This document shows positions 54,501 through 64,000 of a stretch of DNA of 64,000 nucleotides, piece after piece; within the stretch, counting starts at the first letter, position 1, and each line of letters opens with the position of its first letter. A program made the position numbers and the translations under genes. The DNA lies in the NCBI GenBank assembly GCA_903813345.2, contig CAIIXF020000001.1, positions 23,684,001-23,748,000 on the forward strand, in the 5' to 3' direction. Under the pieces are notes generated by a model. That model made no database searches. It saw only the letters and a list, made by a program, of their open reading frames with translations, and had not been told where the DNA came from. Origin of the DNA: Owenia fusiformis (taxonomy: Eukaryota).

Positions 54501-57500
54501 CAGAAGTATTCTTCATTGCTGAGACGATCATTTCATTTATGATTGTTTCCATTTGCCTGGACGCACATGCGTTGTTGACAAACTTAATCCATAAAGATGT
54601 GTTCCAGTCCTCCCTTTGGTATCCCTTGAAGATTTGCTCAAGTTGTTGAAATCAGTCCCTTATCGGAATCAAACTTATGACCTCTCATATAATGCTTTAG
54701 CACCCAAAATGTAGTGAAGCCTAATGGTGCTTCATCTGGTGAATATTGTCTGGTGAATATGGGGCAGAAATAACTTGTGTGAACCCTAATTCTTCAAGAG
54801 AAGTATGGGCAGCTTGAGTAATGGGAAGGAGCATAGTCATAATGGAAGATAACTCCCCGCTATTTTTAGTCACGATTGTGACTTTGAAGTGCTGATGAAA
54901 GATACGAAAATAGAGCAAAGTACACTATTATATTACAATACAGATGTTACTTTAGAAACTAAAGTTAGAAGTATTTGGAAATGTAAAAAATCACAGAAAT
55001 ATGTCCACCAAATAGGTATTTATTAACCTATACTTTTGGATCAAGCAAAATTTGAATTCATTTTTATTTTACTTGACCCGCTACGCCATTTGCCATGTTG
55101 CTATAGTAACAATAATTATCCATTATGACATCAGATGACAATGAGACTGTTTTATCCAACCCAAAATTACATTCCCCATTTACCTTGAAAATTTCAAGTA
55201 AATTGGTTGAAAAATAATGAAATGACAGACAAATTCCCAGAACTTAGTGATCACCCTGTATACATTTCAACTATTGCCTGCTGTCGACGTCACATTTGCA
55301 ACTTCTATTAACCTTGGGAACATCCGCATGTCACCACTGCACACCCAAAAAACAGAAAAATTAGGAAACGAACAAATCAGCCTTCATTGAGGAACAGGAC
55401 AAATCAATTTTGGGTATATAATAAAACAAATAGTGACTGCCTTATTTCAAGCAATAGTATATAAATGATTTCCCCACAAGAATATCCTCTTAAACATACC
55501 TTTTAGAGGATATTCTCTTGGGAAAATAATTTACACTATTGCCCTTAATGGCAGTCACTATTTGGATAATATATCATTGAATCATTATCTGATAATAGTC
55601 TATAGAGTATATATTCATAGGTGTACATACTTAGTTGCTGTTGAGACGTCTCCTAGCTGCGTGAAGTGTTCTGAGTTACTTGTGGATGTCTGAATGAAAA
55701 GGAAATACAAAGTACTTTACAATTATTGCCTTTTCTCCATTTTGAACAAACTAACAGGTAATACATGTTACATACAATGACTTCCATCAAAACGTCAGTC
55801 CTCACTTAAGTGTCAACTTGTGACTAGCTATGTGTAGACATTATATTGATATGTTACGAACGTTCACTGCTTCAACTCCCAACTCTATATATAAGCCTAC
55901 TTCTAATTGGTTGATTCTTTATCTTAGATAAACCCGAGAATACAAACTTTGACATACCCTGATTTGTCGAATTAGAGTATCCTGTAGCTTGGTGTACATC
56001 TCATTCCTGTCTCCCTTTATCTCATTCTCGGCACAGTCGTCCTCTTGAACAAACTCAAACTCATCATCTGCAGTAGCATAGGGCGACTTAGGGATCTACA
56101 ATATATTATAATAGGTGAACAGAGATCATATATTGATGCTACATGCTGAGAAAAAATACAATAAAAATGCCTTCAAATCAAAATATGTAAATCCAATCAA
56201 AAATGAACCATTGTCAACCTACTGATTTCAGCATTTAGTAAGATAGTGCTTTTTACAACATTGTCAAATAGGGGGACTTAGGGATCTACAATATATTATA
56301 ACAGGTGCTAAGCAAAAATACAATAAATATGCCTCCAAACAAAAATATGTAAATCCTATTTATATCAGAAATGAACCGTGTCAATCTACTGATCTCAGCA
56401 TTTAGTAAGATAGTGCTTTTTACAACATAGTCACATTACTTGTTCACTACAGGTCTTTTAAAGTGGAATTAATGGATCAAGCTTCCTCTGAATGCTTTGT
56501 ATTTTCTATGCTCTACATAAAGCTCAAGGCTCAATGTTCTCCACGACTACATGTATTCTGGTGTATCACAGGATGTCACAAAAAGTAGTGCATTTACACA
56601 CTGGATTTATCAAAGCCATTCATGGATTGATGGACTATGAACTTCAGGGATATTTGTACTATATGGAATATCATGTTGATACTAAATGAAATTATTAATG
56701 CAAAATGAATTGAGTATAATATGCACAGATACCTGTTTCATGTCCACAGGAAGGCCAGCTTCGGATGCTTCTATCATCTGATCAAACCCCTATAAAACAT
56801 ACCGCATTAAATTATTAACATCACTAAATTTAGTTTTAGTTATCGAGAAACTATTGCTTAACTAGAATGTGATAAAAGAATACTAAAATTGAACCTTCTC
56901 TTCTGAATATATCAAAACTTGAAAAAACTACTTTCCTAGCAAGCAGTATGACAAGTTCAAAATTGAAAAATATTTACCTTTTCAAGTTTCAAGTTGTTTA
57001 GTGAGAGAATTACAGCTATTTACAATCTAAGGGATGCCAGTTAAAATAATAAGAGTTTTGGAGAGACACTGTACCTTAGAAAGCCTGAGATATTTCTTGG
57101 CAAGCTCAATATCTCCCTTAGACTTAGCTTCCATTGCAGCAGTTCTAAACTCCTGCTGTCGTCTCTTCAAAAACACACTCTGCTGCTCTGCCTTTGACAT
57201 GGCTGACATACTGCGCTTTAATACTGAAATAAGAAACAACCCAGTTCAACGATTTTTGAACAAAATAACAGTGAAAAATTCTCAGAATATGCATGTACTG
57301 AACAATGGAAAGTATAAAATGAAATAATATAAACAAAATTTAGTGATTTCATTGTCTTCTGTTTATTGATTGTCCATTTCAAAGAAAAAAAGTTGAATAT
57401 GAAGAATCTTTTGATGTTACTTACTTTTTTGTTGTGAAGGCGAAACGCTGGGTGCCTTCTGTGGTGTTCTGTTAGGTGAAGGGGTCCGTTTTCCAGGTGA

Positions 57501-60500
57501 AACTTGACCTGGAGACCCCCTGGCTTGACCAGGTGGTGCTAGCTGCTGTGGGGCAGGCCTCTGAGGAGAAGCTTGTGGCATAGAGGCCTGGCTTGGTATT
57601 GAATCAAACCCTGGGGGCGTGGGCAGTTCTTCATAATCCACTGGTCTCCCTGCCTTGTGGCTTTTAATTGCATCTATATATTGCTAGGATAACATAAATA
57701 TACATTACACATACACTTTTTATAATGATTAAATTTAGATACTTTTAGTGAATAAAAGCATCATTAAGTCAATCTAGATTTCAGCTTTGTCTACACTACT
57801 GTAAATAATTAGAAAAGTACATGTAACATTAGTATAGGGGACAAGAGCCCACATAGCAGTACAGCATATCACACTACCCTACCATGTGACCACATTTAAA
57901 AATGATACAGGGTACGGTTAAGTTGCAAATGGAGCGGGTATTCTCTATCTTTGTCCATTGGGCTATTCTGGTAATAATACGTGGCAAACTGCTCGATGAA
58001 TCTATACAATGTCCTCCATTTGCAACTTCGCTGTAGCCTGTACTTATTTTAAAGGAATACAGGATACAGTATGGGGGTATAGTAGTGTGATATCATACTT
58101 TCAAACATCTAATAAGTTGTTGGAACTAGTCTACTCTTGCATGTGTAAAAATTTCAAGTTGAACGGATAGAATTTTGATGACAAGATTTATGGAATAATT
58201 CAAAATGGCTACCAAATAATTAACCCAGCATGCCCAAACCAACAATACAATACCTACATGTACATGTACCTACTAAGTGCAATAAAAATACTAATGCATG
58301 AATAGAATTTAATACCTTGACGATTCTTCCATGCCGCCTTGCTTTACTGTTATTGCCTTCTGCCTTAGCCTTGTCTTCGGATTCCTTATACTTGGCCAGT
58401 CTCTGCTCCAGGGCCTCTAACACAGACTTGGGAGCTTCTGGGGCATTAAAGATCTCCTTGGCCTCTAAAGGTTTATAAACAACAAATTGTGTGTTAGTGT
58501 ACCTTGTTCATCATTAGATTACTAACAAGTTTTGGCTGTTTAGAAAAGAGAAAGGGAATATTTTTTTCAGTATCCTTTTTACCTTTGATAACTTTTAAAT
58601 CACCATCTGTATGCTAATCTCACAACACATATTACACCAACAGTATATTTGTTGTCTTCCACATGGAAACTTACAAATCAAATAATAACTACACATACAA
58701 GGTTATGCTATACAGAATTTTACCCACCTTCTTGTGTGGTCTCTGGGAGTGCCCCCTCAGTTCCCCCTTCTGCACCTTGACTGGAAGCTGGTTTATCTGG
58801 ACTAGCTTGGTGGGAATCACGTTCAATTTGCACAGAAGGAACTGTCATAAAAGAAAGAACTGTCATAAAAGAAGGGAACTGTCATAAAAAGAACTGTCAT
58901 AAAAAGGAATTGTCATCATGAAGATTTCTTGGAGCAGTTAAGATTGAATTGTATACCAGTTGGCGCGATATTCCCTAATGCAGTCTTAAGTCAGATTGAA
59001 ACAAAGTCACACCCTGGTCACGAAAGAAAGAATAATGAAAACAAGTATCTCCAATTATCTTCTTAACATTTTTGAATTTTGAAAATACGTACAGCGAGTT
59101 TTTTAATTGCAGTAAGTAAGAGAATATTATATTTTAGTGTTATTTAATTTATTTACCTTTGGCACCTGGGGGAGGAGGCATCTTTGATAGATCAACTGAT
59201 TGATTATTCTCCACAGCTTTAATGACATTCTCAAATTGCTGAAACACATCACATATTCATAAACACATATCATATATTTACATACTGACACTACATGTAC
59301 ATACCATGTGAGATCGAAGTGATTCATTTAAGGGATAACTTCTTTTGTCCCGATTGTTGAAAGGATTTTTCAATTTTATATTATACCCATTGAGATCAGT
59401 GAAAACATGACTGCCATTTTAAAGTTTACAACAAGGCATTAACATGCAAAATGTCACCACCTGCCATTTGTTACAGACACCAACCATCGAACACTGTCCA
59501 CAAAAAATTTGGAGACTATAAAACTATGTTTTGGAACAATTATGCAACTTCACTAATGTAAAGCTGTACAACTCCTTTTGATTACATACACTAGAATGTA
59601 GGGTTATTCATTGAATTGAATGATATTATTCACAATACAAATTGAACTCTTACTTTCATAACTTTGAGATACTGGGCTGCAGTAGTGTTGTCTCCTGCAC
59701 GTTTAGCTTGTATGGCTGCTTGTTTGTACTGCTCCTTTCTCTCAACTAACAGTTTGTGGGTGTCACTTTCTTCTTTATCTTAAAATATAGTAAAACTTAT
59801 TACAATACTGATATCATACAAACAATGTGTTTTATGATTGGTTTCTTCCATTGGAAATGGAATCTCTCCTCACATTTATGAAGGAGATTGGAATTGGGAT
59901 AAACATAACAATATATTTGGATAACTACTAGTAAGTAACTTCAAGAGGCAATAAAGGTCAATTCACATGTAAAACATTTCATCAATGTGAGTTTACATTC
60001 CTGTTTGTAAAAAAAAGATTTTTATTACAGTCCTAACCATGAACTTGGGCTAGTTTATTTTAAATAAATAGTTTTGTAATTATGAATCAAATTTAAAGGT
60101 TAAGATAAAGGAAAAACTGTTTATAAATGTATATTATAATGGCAGTGTAGTGTAGTGTAATATCTCGTAACTAACCATGATTTGTACCATCGCACTTCTT
60201 GCTTTACAATGTACAATAGAAATAAAGCCCTTAAATCCAATGTATCTATTTTACCTGGTGTAGAATGAGATGCTTGTGCTGATGGTGTTGTCTCTTGATC
60301 TGTAGTGGGTTGTATGACTCTATCAGGGGGTGCTGTAGGAGATAACTGTTTTGGTGGGGCACTAGGCTCTACTGGAGCAGTTGGGAAACTGGTTGGGTGA
60401 CCTAAAATATATTGTTCATTATACCACAACAATTTACACTATGTTGTATAGAACTACCACACAGAATCGTAGAGTTGATACATTGTATACATTTTGACAA

Positions 60501-62519
60501 TTCTTGCCATCATGATGAAACTGTCATCTCATGGAAACTTGATAATTATAAGTGTATATGTATCAGTTACAAAATCATACAAATTCATAATCTATTTTGG
60601 TAATAAAAAGGATCTTTTTAGTTTGTACTACAGTCTAAGCAATATATCTCCTTTCTGAGACAATAAACATAATTTTTGCAATAATAAAGCCTAGTACATG
60701 CAGTTTATCACCACATTATTGTATTATACAGAGCAGTCAAACCCAATGGACGGGGCAGTGTACATACTTAAAGGAACTGGAGGTCGATTCCCAGGTTCTA
60801 TCGGCCCTCTAATGGGTTCTGGTTCATTGGGTGTCTCCCTGGGTTTGTCTGGCTTCTGGGTACTGCTTCCTCCTGTGGCTACTGGTGGAGGTATGTCATC
60901 TTCACAAACAGGTTTACCAGCTTTGGCAGTCTTTATCTGGCCCTGTAGGGTCTACAATCATATACATGTGAGAAATATTAATTTTGTAACATAGGTTTTA
61001 GGTTGATATAAAGATGGCAGCAGTGATACAAAGAAGTAAAATAGATTGATCACCCTGCCATCTTTATTACTAAATTCTATTAATTACTATATTTCTATCG
61101 CCATTTAGCCTACATGTAAAGAAGACTATGGGACACAGCGGTTGCAGATGGGAAAACTCTCAATTTCATGCAAGTCTTTTTTACAATGAATTTCAAAACA
61201 GGTCACAGGTACTAACTAGACATTACAATAATGTGAGCATGTTTGGTTTTATGAAAGCTAACACATGAGGCTATCTCAGTGGTATGATAATGAAATACTC
61301 ATGGTATGTTGAGGTGTGCTACTTCCAGAATTTTGTTAAGAAAACATATAAGAAGCCCAAAATCTATCTGCAGTCACATAATCACTGCTTCAGAAAACTG
61401 GGATGAGGAGTTTATATTGCAGTAAATTGATTAAGATACCATTGACACATAAATGCCTACCTTTAGTCCTCTCTCATATCTTCTTTGCTTAGATCCTTCA
61501 TTTGCTTGCTTGGCATTTGCTATTGCAGTCTGGTACATGGTGAATCGCTCTTCAAGGGTAGCAAGGACATTAGTGCCACTAGGGGGAGGCCTTGGGGCTG
61601 GGGTAGGGGATTGAGTGGGTACAGGGGCTGGCTGTTCATTCTCTGGACTTAAGTCATCCAACTCTGCCTTTAATCAAAAAAAAACATAATAATATTGTCT
61701 TAAACACGCACCTTTTCAAACATACTTTTCCAGATTGCTTTTCAAACTGTTTTTATATCATTTCATGGAAATATATGAGAATCATAGAATTTATTTTAAC
61801 TCATTATGATATAATACTAACAATTCAAAATCGTACATCAGATTGAATAGATACATCACTCACCAGTAATTCAGGGTCATCAAGATCTATATCATCGTCT
61901 TCTCCATCATCATCTTTCATACACTCAGCAGCCATCTTATCAATTTGAGACAAATGTACTGGGCCTGAAACAAGATATAAATCAAATTGACCATGATTGC
62001 CAATGTCCCAGATAAGGTTAAACTCACAATCCTTTGTGTGTGATCTTGTGTACCAGTCCATACTTTTGACTTTGCTACTCAATATTGCATAAAATATCAC
62101 AGTATTGTATTAAATTTTTATTATATTTGCACAACTAAACAGTAAATCCAAGGAGTCTTGATATTAAAGCCAAAAACATAATGCATACAATAAAATCTGT
62201 GTCGTGGAACATCTTGGGTATATCATTCATAATAGTGTTTCACTTTTTTCATAGAGTTTCACTTATAAAGCTTCATTTTATATTAATCTAATCTATATGG
62301 TAAGAGGATCTCACTAGTAGAAGTGTTCCACTTATTGAGGTTACCTACTTGCAGAGGTGTTCCCTTTTTACTGTAATTTTTACCTTTGGCAGGTTTTGCA
62401 GTTTTCTTTGGGGAGTCATGTCCCTGTAGTGCAGCTAGCTCAGCCTCTAATTCTGCATCATTGTCCAGATCCCCATATAACTCATTCTCCATTGCACTCA
62501 AGTCAGGAGTCATCCCCAT
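15536..62519 (-). CDS. CC2D1: Coiled-coil and C2 domain-containing protein 1 (CC2D1A/CC2D1B, lethal(2) giant discs homolog): 4 DM14 repeats, C2 domain, C-terminal helical extension; ~1000 aa seen, probably 5'-incomplete
   Basis: Minus-strand exons, GT-AG and phase-consistent, total 3003 nt: 62384-62519, 61864-61964, 61461-61667, 60768-60951, 60255-60401, 59654-59778, 59157-59238, 58728-58841, 58316-58464, 57425-57683, 57075-57223, 56733-56789, 55958-56095, 55631-55689, 53399-53515, 29874-30003, 28323-28374, 27209-27308, 26078-26168, 25350-25493, 23796-23818, 16967-17114, 16617-16746, 16380-16504, 15536-15571. Motifs: DAELEAELAAL; DM14 repeats (LEERFTMYQTAIANAK..DIPPPV; LEQRLAKYK..EELPTPPGF); C2 region LDTYVTYEFPFPN, KDTNNPEY, LMDGRKSIGGKLEVKVRIRNP, KEKWLVID. 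The first visible exon follows a TTTCTAG acceptor. Confidence 0.95.
17342..17927. mobile_element. PIF/Harbinger-like MITE
   Basis: TIR CCCCCCTATCACACCAAACTAG ... CTAGTTTGGTGTGATAGTAGGG; 3-bp TAA on both sides (17339-17341, 17928-17930). Confidence 0.7.
18061..18397. mobile_element. MITE with ~40-bp terminal inverted repeats
   Basis: AGATTAAAAGGTGGATTGGATCGAGTG ... CACTCGATCCAATCCACCTTTTAATCT; TSD not resolved. Confidence 0.7.
19108..19497. repeat. 15-bp minisatellite with alternating 30-bp higher-order period
   Basis: Degenerate units AGGCATTTCATGATG / GGGCATTTAATGACA repeated across ~390 bp. Confidence 0.85.
19746..20902 (+). mobile_element. Helentron/HINE-like element, family A, copy 1
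   Basis: 5' ACCAGAACAACGGCAACGCCAAAGCGTAGCGAATCC; ~135-bp tandem units (AAAATGGCCGCCTTCTACCAAAAGTGTCATTAGACAG); (ACGG)n; 3' hairpin CGAAC-TTT-GTTCG followed by ATGGGATAAT. Confidence 0.8.
21069..21105 (-). CDS. Candidate alternative terminal exon of CC2D1 encoding (Q)KKTSSSVCGIC* (CaaX box)
   Basis: Acceptor TTAACTGGCTGTACTTGTCTTCCAG| then A AAG AAG ACC AGC TCA AGT GTA TGT GGC ATT TGC TGA; the phase (2) matches the upstream 23-nt exon 23796-23818. No transcript evidence is available here. Confidence 0.55.
21235..23396. mobile_element. 2.2-kb non-autonomous DNA transposon with 5-bp TSD
   Basis: Imperfect termini CATAGCCGTAGGGACCGGGGGTTCGG ... AAATCCTGGCTACGCCACTG; GTAAG at 21230-21234 and 23397-23401; related to 45990-46206. 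Confidence 0.65.
23796..23818 (-). CDS. 23-nt CC2D1 microexon (APPIGQK)
   Basis: TTTATTTTTCAG|GCTCCTCCTATCGGACAGAAACA|GTAAGT; required to join the phase-0 end at 25350 to the phase-2 start at 17114. Confidence 0.8.
23972..25158 (+). mobile_element. Helentron/HINE-like element, family A, copy 2
   Basis: Same layout as 19746-20902; subterminal inverted repeat ATCCCATCGAAC / GTTCGATGGGAT; long (ACGG/ACGT)n microsatellite ~24997-25113. Confidence 0.8.
27797..28180. repeat. Two adjacent degenerate fold-back palindromes
   Basis: AATAGAACATCCTA(A/T)GATTT start at ~27799 and ~28051; first arm pair GTTGATATCAATATCT / AGATATTGATATCAAC. Confidence 0.6.
28497..29850. mobile_element. ~1.35-kb multi-layer fold-back element filling most of CC2D1 intron 28375-29873
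   Basis: Outer arms TAAGGGTTATGTACTGGGAGGTTTTGGATA / TATCCAAAACCTCCCAGTACATAACCCTTA and ACCGACCGTACATAAC / GTTATGTACGGTCGGT; inner pairs TGAGGTTCTAGGTACAT / ATGTACCTAGAACCTCA and GTGTATCTAGGGACCGGGAT / ATCCCGGTCCCTAGATACAC; near-perfect hairpin 29133-29208. Confidence 0.8.
33517..34619 (+). mobile_element. Helentron/HINE-like element, family B, copy 1
   Basis: 5' AACAGCGACTCCACGGAGTAGCAAATCCCACC; about six ~146-bp units (GTCCCTAGGCATCATCATATAAAATTTGAACCAAATCCG); (ACGA/ACGG)n; 3' CGAACTTCATTCGGTGGGATAAT. Confidence 0.8.
35538..36893 (-). CDS. Galactoside alpha-1,2-fucosyltransferase-like protein (glycosyltransferase family 11, FUT1/FUT2-like), 451 aa, intronless CDS nested in a CC2D1 intron
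   Basis: Intact ORF; type II anchor ([25 protein letters not shown]), Lys/Pro-rich stem, GT11 motifs [58 protein letters not shown]/CAG tandem acceptor at ~36898-36903 just 5' of the ATG implies a spliced 5' UTR. Confidence 0.93.
   Translation of the reverse strand: [451 protein letters not shown]
37761..37932 (+). pseudogene. Frameshifted first exon of a Myb/SANT-like DNA-binding protein (Harbinger second ORF)
   Basis: MADEVGKQRSEAFSSIQLEVMMDIIEKKYDVL..., frameshift in the A-run near 37900, then KNEAWDCIVRE|GTAAG; resembles the R-x-x-x-F-S ... K-x-x-A-W-x-x-I pattern of MSANTD/NAIF1-type domains. Confidence 0.65.
38828..42714. mobile_element. TA-flanked element with very long (~1.3-1.4 kb) terminal inverted repeats
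   Basis: TA|CTGGATGAGCGTGGTGTAAAAGTGGTTTTGAAA ... TTTCAAAACCACTTTTACACCACGCTCATCCAG|TA; mirrored ORFs 39137-39427(+) and 42142-42363(-) share MRQNTYYF; ~120-130-bp subrepeats within the arms. Confidence 0.85.
40331..40961. mobile_element. TGT...ACA element with 5-bp TSD (Ginger-like MITE or solo-LTR-like), innermost layer of the nest
   Basis: TGTTACGCGGTA / TACCGCGTAACA; TSD CAACG at 40326-40330 and 40962-40966; internal ~22-23-bp repeats ATATGTCATATTCACCTGCGGT. Confidence 0.75.
45428..45503 (+). pseudogene. Degenerate tRNA-like sequence
   Basis: TGGCTTTGGGTA A-box-like segment, TGGGTTCGAGTCCCA T-arm/B-box, T-rich tail; no intact cloverleaf. Confidence 0.4.
45990..46206. mobile_element. Short MITE with 5-bp TSD
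   Basis: CAGGCCAGTAGCCAGG ... CCTGTCTACGGGCCTG; GTATG at 45985-45989 and 46207-46211. Confidence 0.8.
46886..47506. mobile_element. Fold-back element with ~210-bp arms and a small TTAA-flanked insert (~47160-47318)
   Basis: GAGGAGGGAAAGTA / TACTTTCCCTCCTC; TGCAAACAACCCACCCACATGTTTTTTCTGAAA with its inverse at ~47352-47385; insert TTAAAGGAATAAGTAAT / ATTACTTATTCCTTTAA. Confidence 0.75.
47591..50435. mobile_element. TTAA-flanked (Kolobok-like) 2.8-kb element with a nested MITE at ~49165-49712
   Basis: TTAA|AGGGAATGCGAAGTTT ... AAAGTTCGCATTCCCT|TTAA; inner AGCTTCAGTCAC / GTGACGTGAGGCT GC-richer block. Confidence 0.7.
50783..51296 (+). mobile_element. Degenerate HINE-like element related to 12960-13848
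   Basis: Shares GATTTTAGGATGGAAA, GAATGCCCAAAAAC and ACATCCCTGAAAATT; terminal hairpin-like GCACCCAAGGGTGC. Confidence 0.6.
51724..53051 (+). mobile_element. Helentron/HINE-like element, family B, copy 2 (more diverged)
   Basis: Same 5' motif (AACAGCAACTCTACGGAGTAGCAAATCCCACCGAAC), similar tandem units, ACGG repeats and 3' CGAACTTCGTTCGGTGGG. Confidence 0.75.
54199..55258 (-). mobile_element. Decayed mariner (Tc1/mariner) transposon
   Basis: TA|CAGGGTGATCATTAAGTTCTGGGAATT ... AATTCCCAGAACTTAGTGATCACCCTG|TA; minus-strand remnant LEELGFTQVISAPYSPD resembles the mariner YSPDL motif. Confidence 0.85.
55427..55563. repeat. Short fold-back palindrome
   Basis: AAATAGTGACTGCC / GGCAGTCACTATTT; GAATATCCTCT / AGAGGATATTC. 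Confidence 0.75.
56078..56430. repeat. ~190-bp tandem duplication spanning a CC2D1 splice acceptor
   Basis: GACTTAGGGATCTACAATATATTATA at 56085 and 56275; CAGCATTTAGTAAGATAGTGCTTTTTACAACAT occurs twice. Confidence 0.85.
57897..58052. repeat. Small inverted-repeat element
   Basis: AAGTTGCAAATGGAG / CTCCATTTGCAACTT with flanking TACAGG / CCTGTA and TTAA ends. Confidence 0.6.
58837..58916. repeat. 15-19-bp tandem repeat of a splice acceptor
   Basis: GAACTGTCATAAAA four times plus one degenerate copy; on the minus strand each reads TTTTATGACAG|TTC. Confidence 0.85.
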
Positions 62520-62572
62520 CTAGAAACAGTATACAAAAAATGTACAGTAGAACTTGAAGAAACCATAATTAA

Positions 62573-63060
62573 ACCTGCACATCGCTCCAAAACGTAATAT
62601 GTTGACATATACTTTTTTACATTTTCAAGCTCTAGTATAAAGTTGGTGTAAATAAAAATGTTTATTTCTGCGTAATATCAAAGCACAATGATTTAGTTAA
62701 AATAATAAAAATGTTTGCGTGGGATTCAAACCTGGGCCGCCTGCGTACTCGGGGAGCACTCTACTGCTGAGCTACCAGTTAAGTACGAACAAGATGAGCA
62801 ATTTAACGCTACTTATTTTAAGTGTTATAATTTGGAAGTGACGTCATGTTCTAAATTAAGAAACCTTCCAAATATCATATCGATGCTGACAAACGAAGCA
62901 ATTCAAAGAACAATCTTTATAATGACACATTTATCTTGAGTATTTTAACACGAGATTTGCCCCATTTGTTCATGATTGTATAACCTTTCATTAAGCTCAA
63001 AATCATTAAGTTCATCCCCCCGGAACAACCCTAGAATGCGTTTCGGGGCAAACAGCAGCT
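62573..63060 (-). mobile_element. TTAA-flanked (Kolobok-like) element, copy 2, with a tRNA-like cassette at ~62713-62780
   Basis: Reverse-complement match to 3938-4427 (ACCTGCACATCGCTCCAAAACG; GGAAGTGACGTCA; AGATTTGCCCCATTTGTTCAT); minus-strand TAGCTCAGCAGTAGAG ... GGTTTGAATCCC. Confidence 0.7.
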
Positions 63061-64000
63061 TAAAAAAGTTGACAATCTTCAGGAGATAGCCTAAAGTGCA
63101 TGTTCATTCAGTTTAACATTGTTGTACATACATCATTGCGTATCACTTGTCAATGTCATCTCAGTTTTATATAATTTCGCATTCATGACACATAATAGAC
63201 ACTTTCAGTTTAAAACACTCTCATCTCATTCTCTGAAATCTGTCATCTTAATCTATACACCTATCATCTCTTCTACCCCATCAAATACTAAAATTGATGA
63301 CTTGATTTCCCATTACAAATCAAACTATAGAGTCTAGGCTAGGAGTTTTCTATGGGGAGGATTTCCCTTGTAGGTACAAAAAAGCTGATAAAGATGAAAG
63401 AAGTTTGTTCAGAAGTACATGTGGTCTGCCAAGTCTCTGATGAGTTGTACTATCAGAGTTGAAACAAATTTCAGATACACAAAAAAGGGGTAGGGAACAT
63501 GAACTAGCTCTGTTGAGTGTTCTTCAAAGCGAAGATAGATAAACTGGTTTACAGTGCTGCCATCTTTTTTACATAGCACCACACTCTATTTAGCTCCCAC
63601 CACACCCTACTGGCAAATCATGATTGTTACCACAGTTTAAACTTGACTGAATATACAATAATAGCATGTAAAAAGGATAAAATATAACATAAATATGATT
63701 TATCACAATTGAACGGTAATGCTGAAGATGTTTGCACCACACCCTAAATATTTCCTGGTGAGAGCCCTGGAACCTGTATCAACACCTGACATCTATTGGT
63801 TGCCAAACCTGAAATAATGAGCTTCTATTCTTCAAGGTCTACATAGCACAGGTGTCACGGGTCAGACATTTTTTGGGTTGGTTGGGTCAGAAAAAACTTT
63901 GTGGGTTGGGTAATTTCGGGTCGAGTCAGAAGAAAACAGAAAAATGAATTTGACTAATTATCGAACTCTCTACATTGTTTGCATGTAAATAAGAATGCAC

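Noticed and set aside
62521-64000. First coding exon of CC2D1
   Set aside because: No convincing ATG-plus-donor exon found; probably beyond the window end.

Overview
AT-rich, intron-rich animal genomic DNA; the repeat landscape suggests a mollusc or other lophotrochozoan (inference). I assembled two spliced genes by hand from GT-AG boundaries with consistent exon phase. PDCD6IP/ALIX lies on + (16 coding exons, 52-10893, ~891 aa). A CC2D1A/B (Lgd/Freud-1) homolog converges on it from - (25 coding exons, 62519-15536, ~1000 aa; the first exon is probably outside the window). The 23.4-kb CC2D1 intron (30004-53398) holds a same-strand GT11 alpha-1,2-fucosyltransferase with an intronless CDS (35538-36893) and a four-level nest of DNA transposons. 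The most notable unexplained signal is an in-phase candidate alternative terminal exon of CC2D1 (21069-21105). It would end the protein just after the C2 domain with a basic stretch plus a CaaX prenylation box (QKQKKTSSSVCGIC*). Introns also contain Helentron/HINE-like satellite-bearing elements, hAT/Harbinger/Kolobok/mariner-type non-autonomous elements, tRNA-like cassettes inside TTAA-flanked elements, and duplicated splice acceptors. All coordinates were read by eye and nothing was searched against a database.
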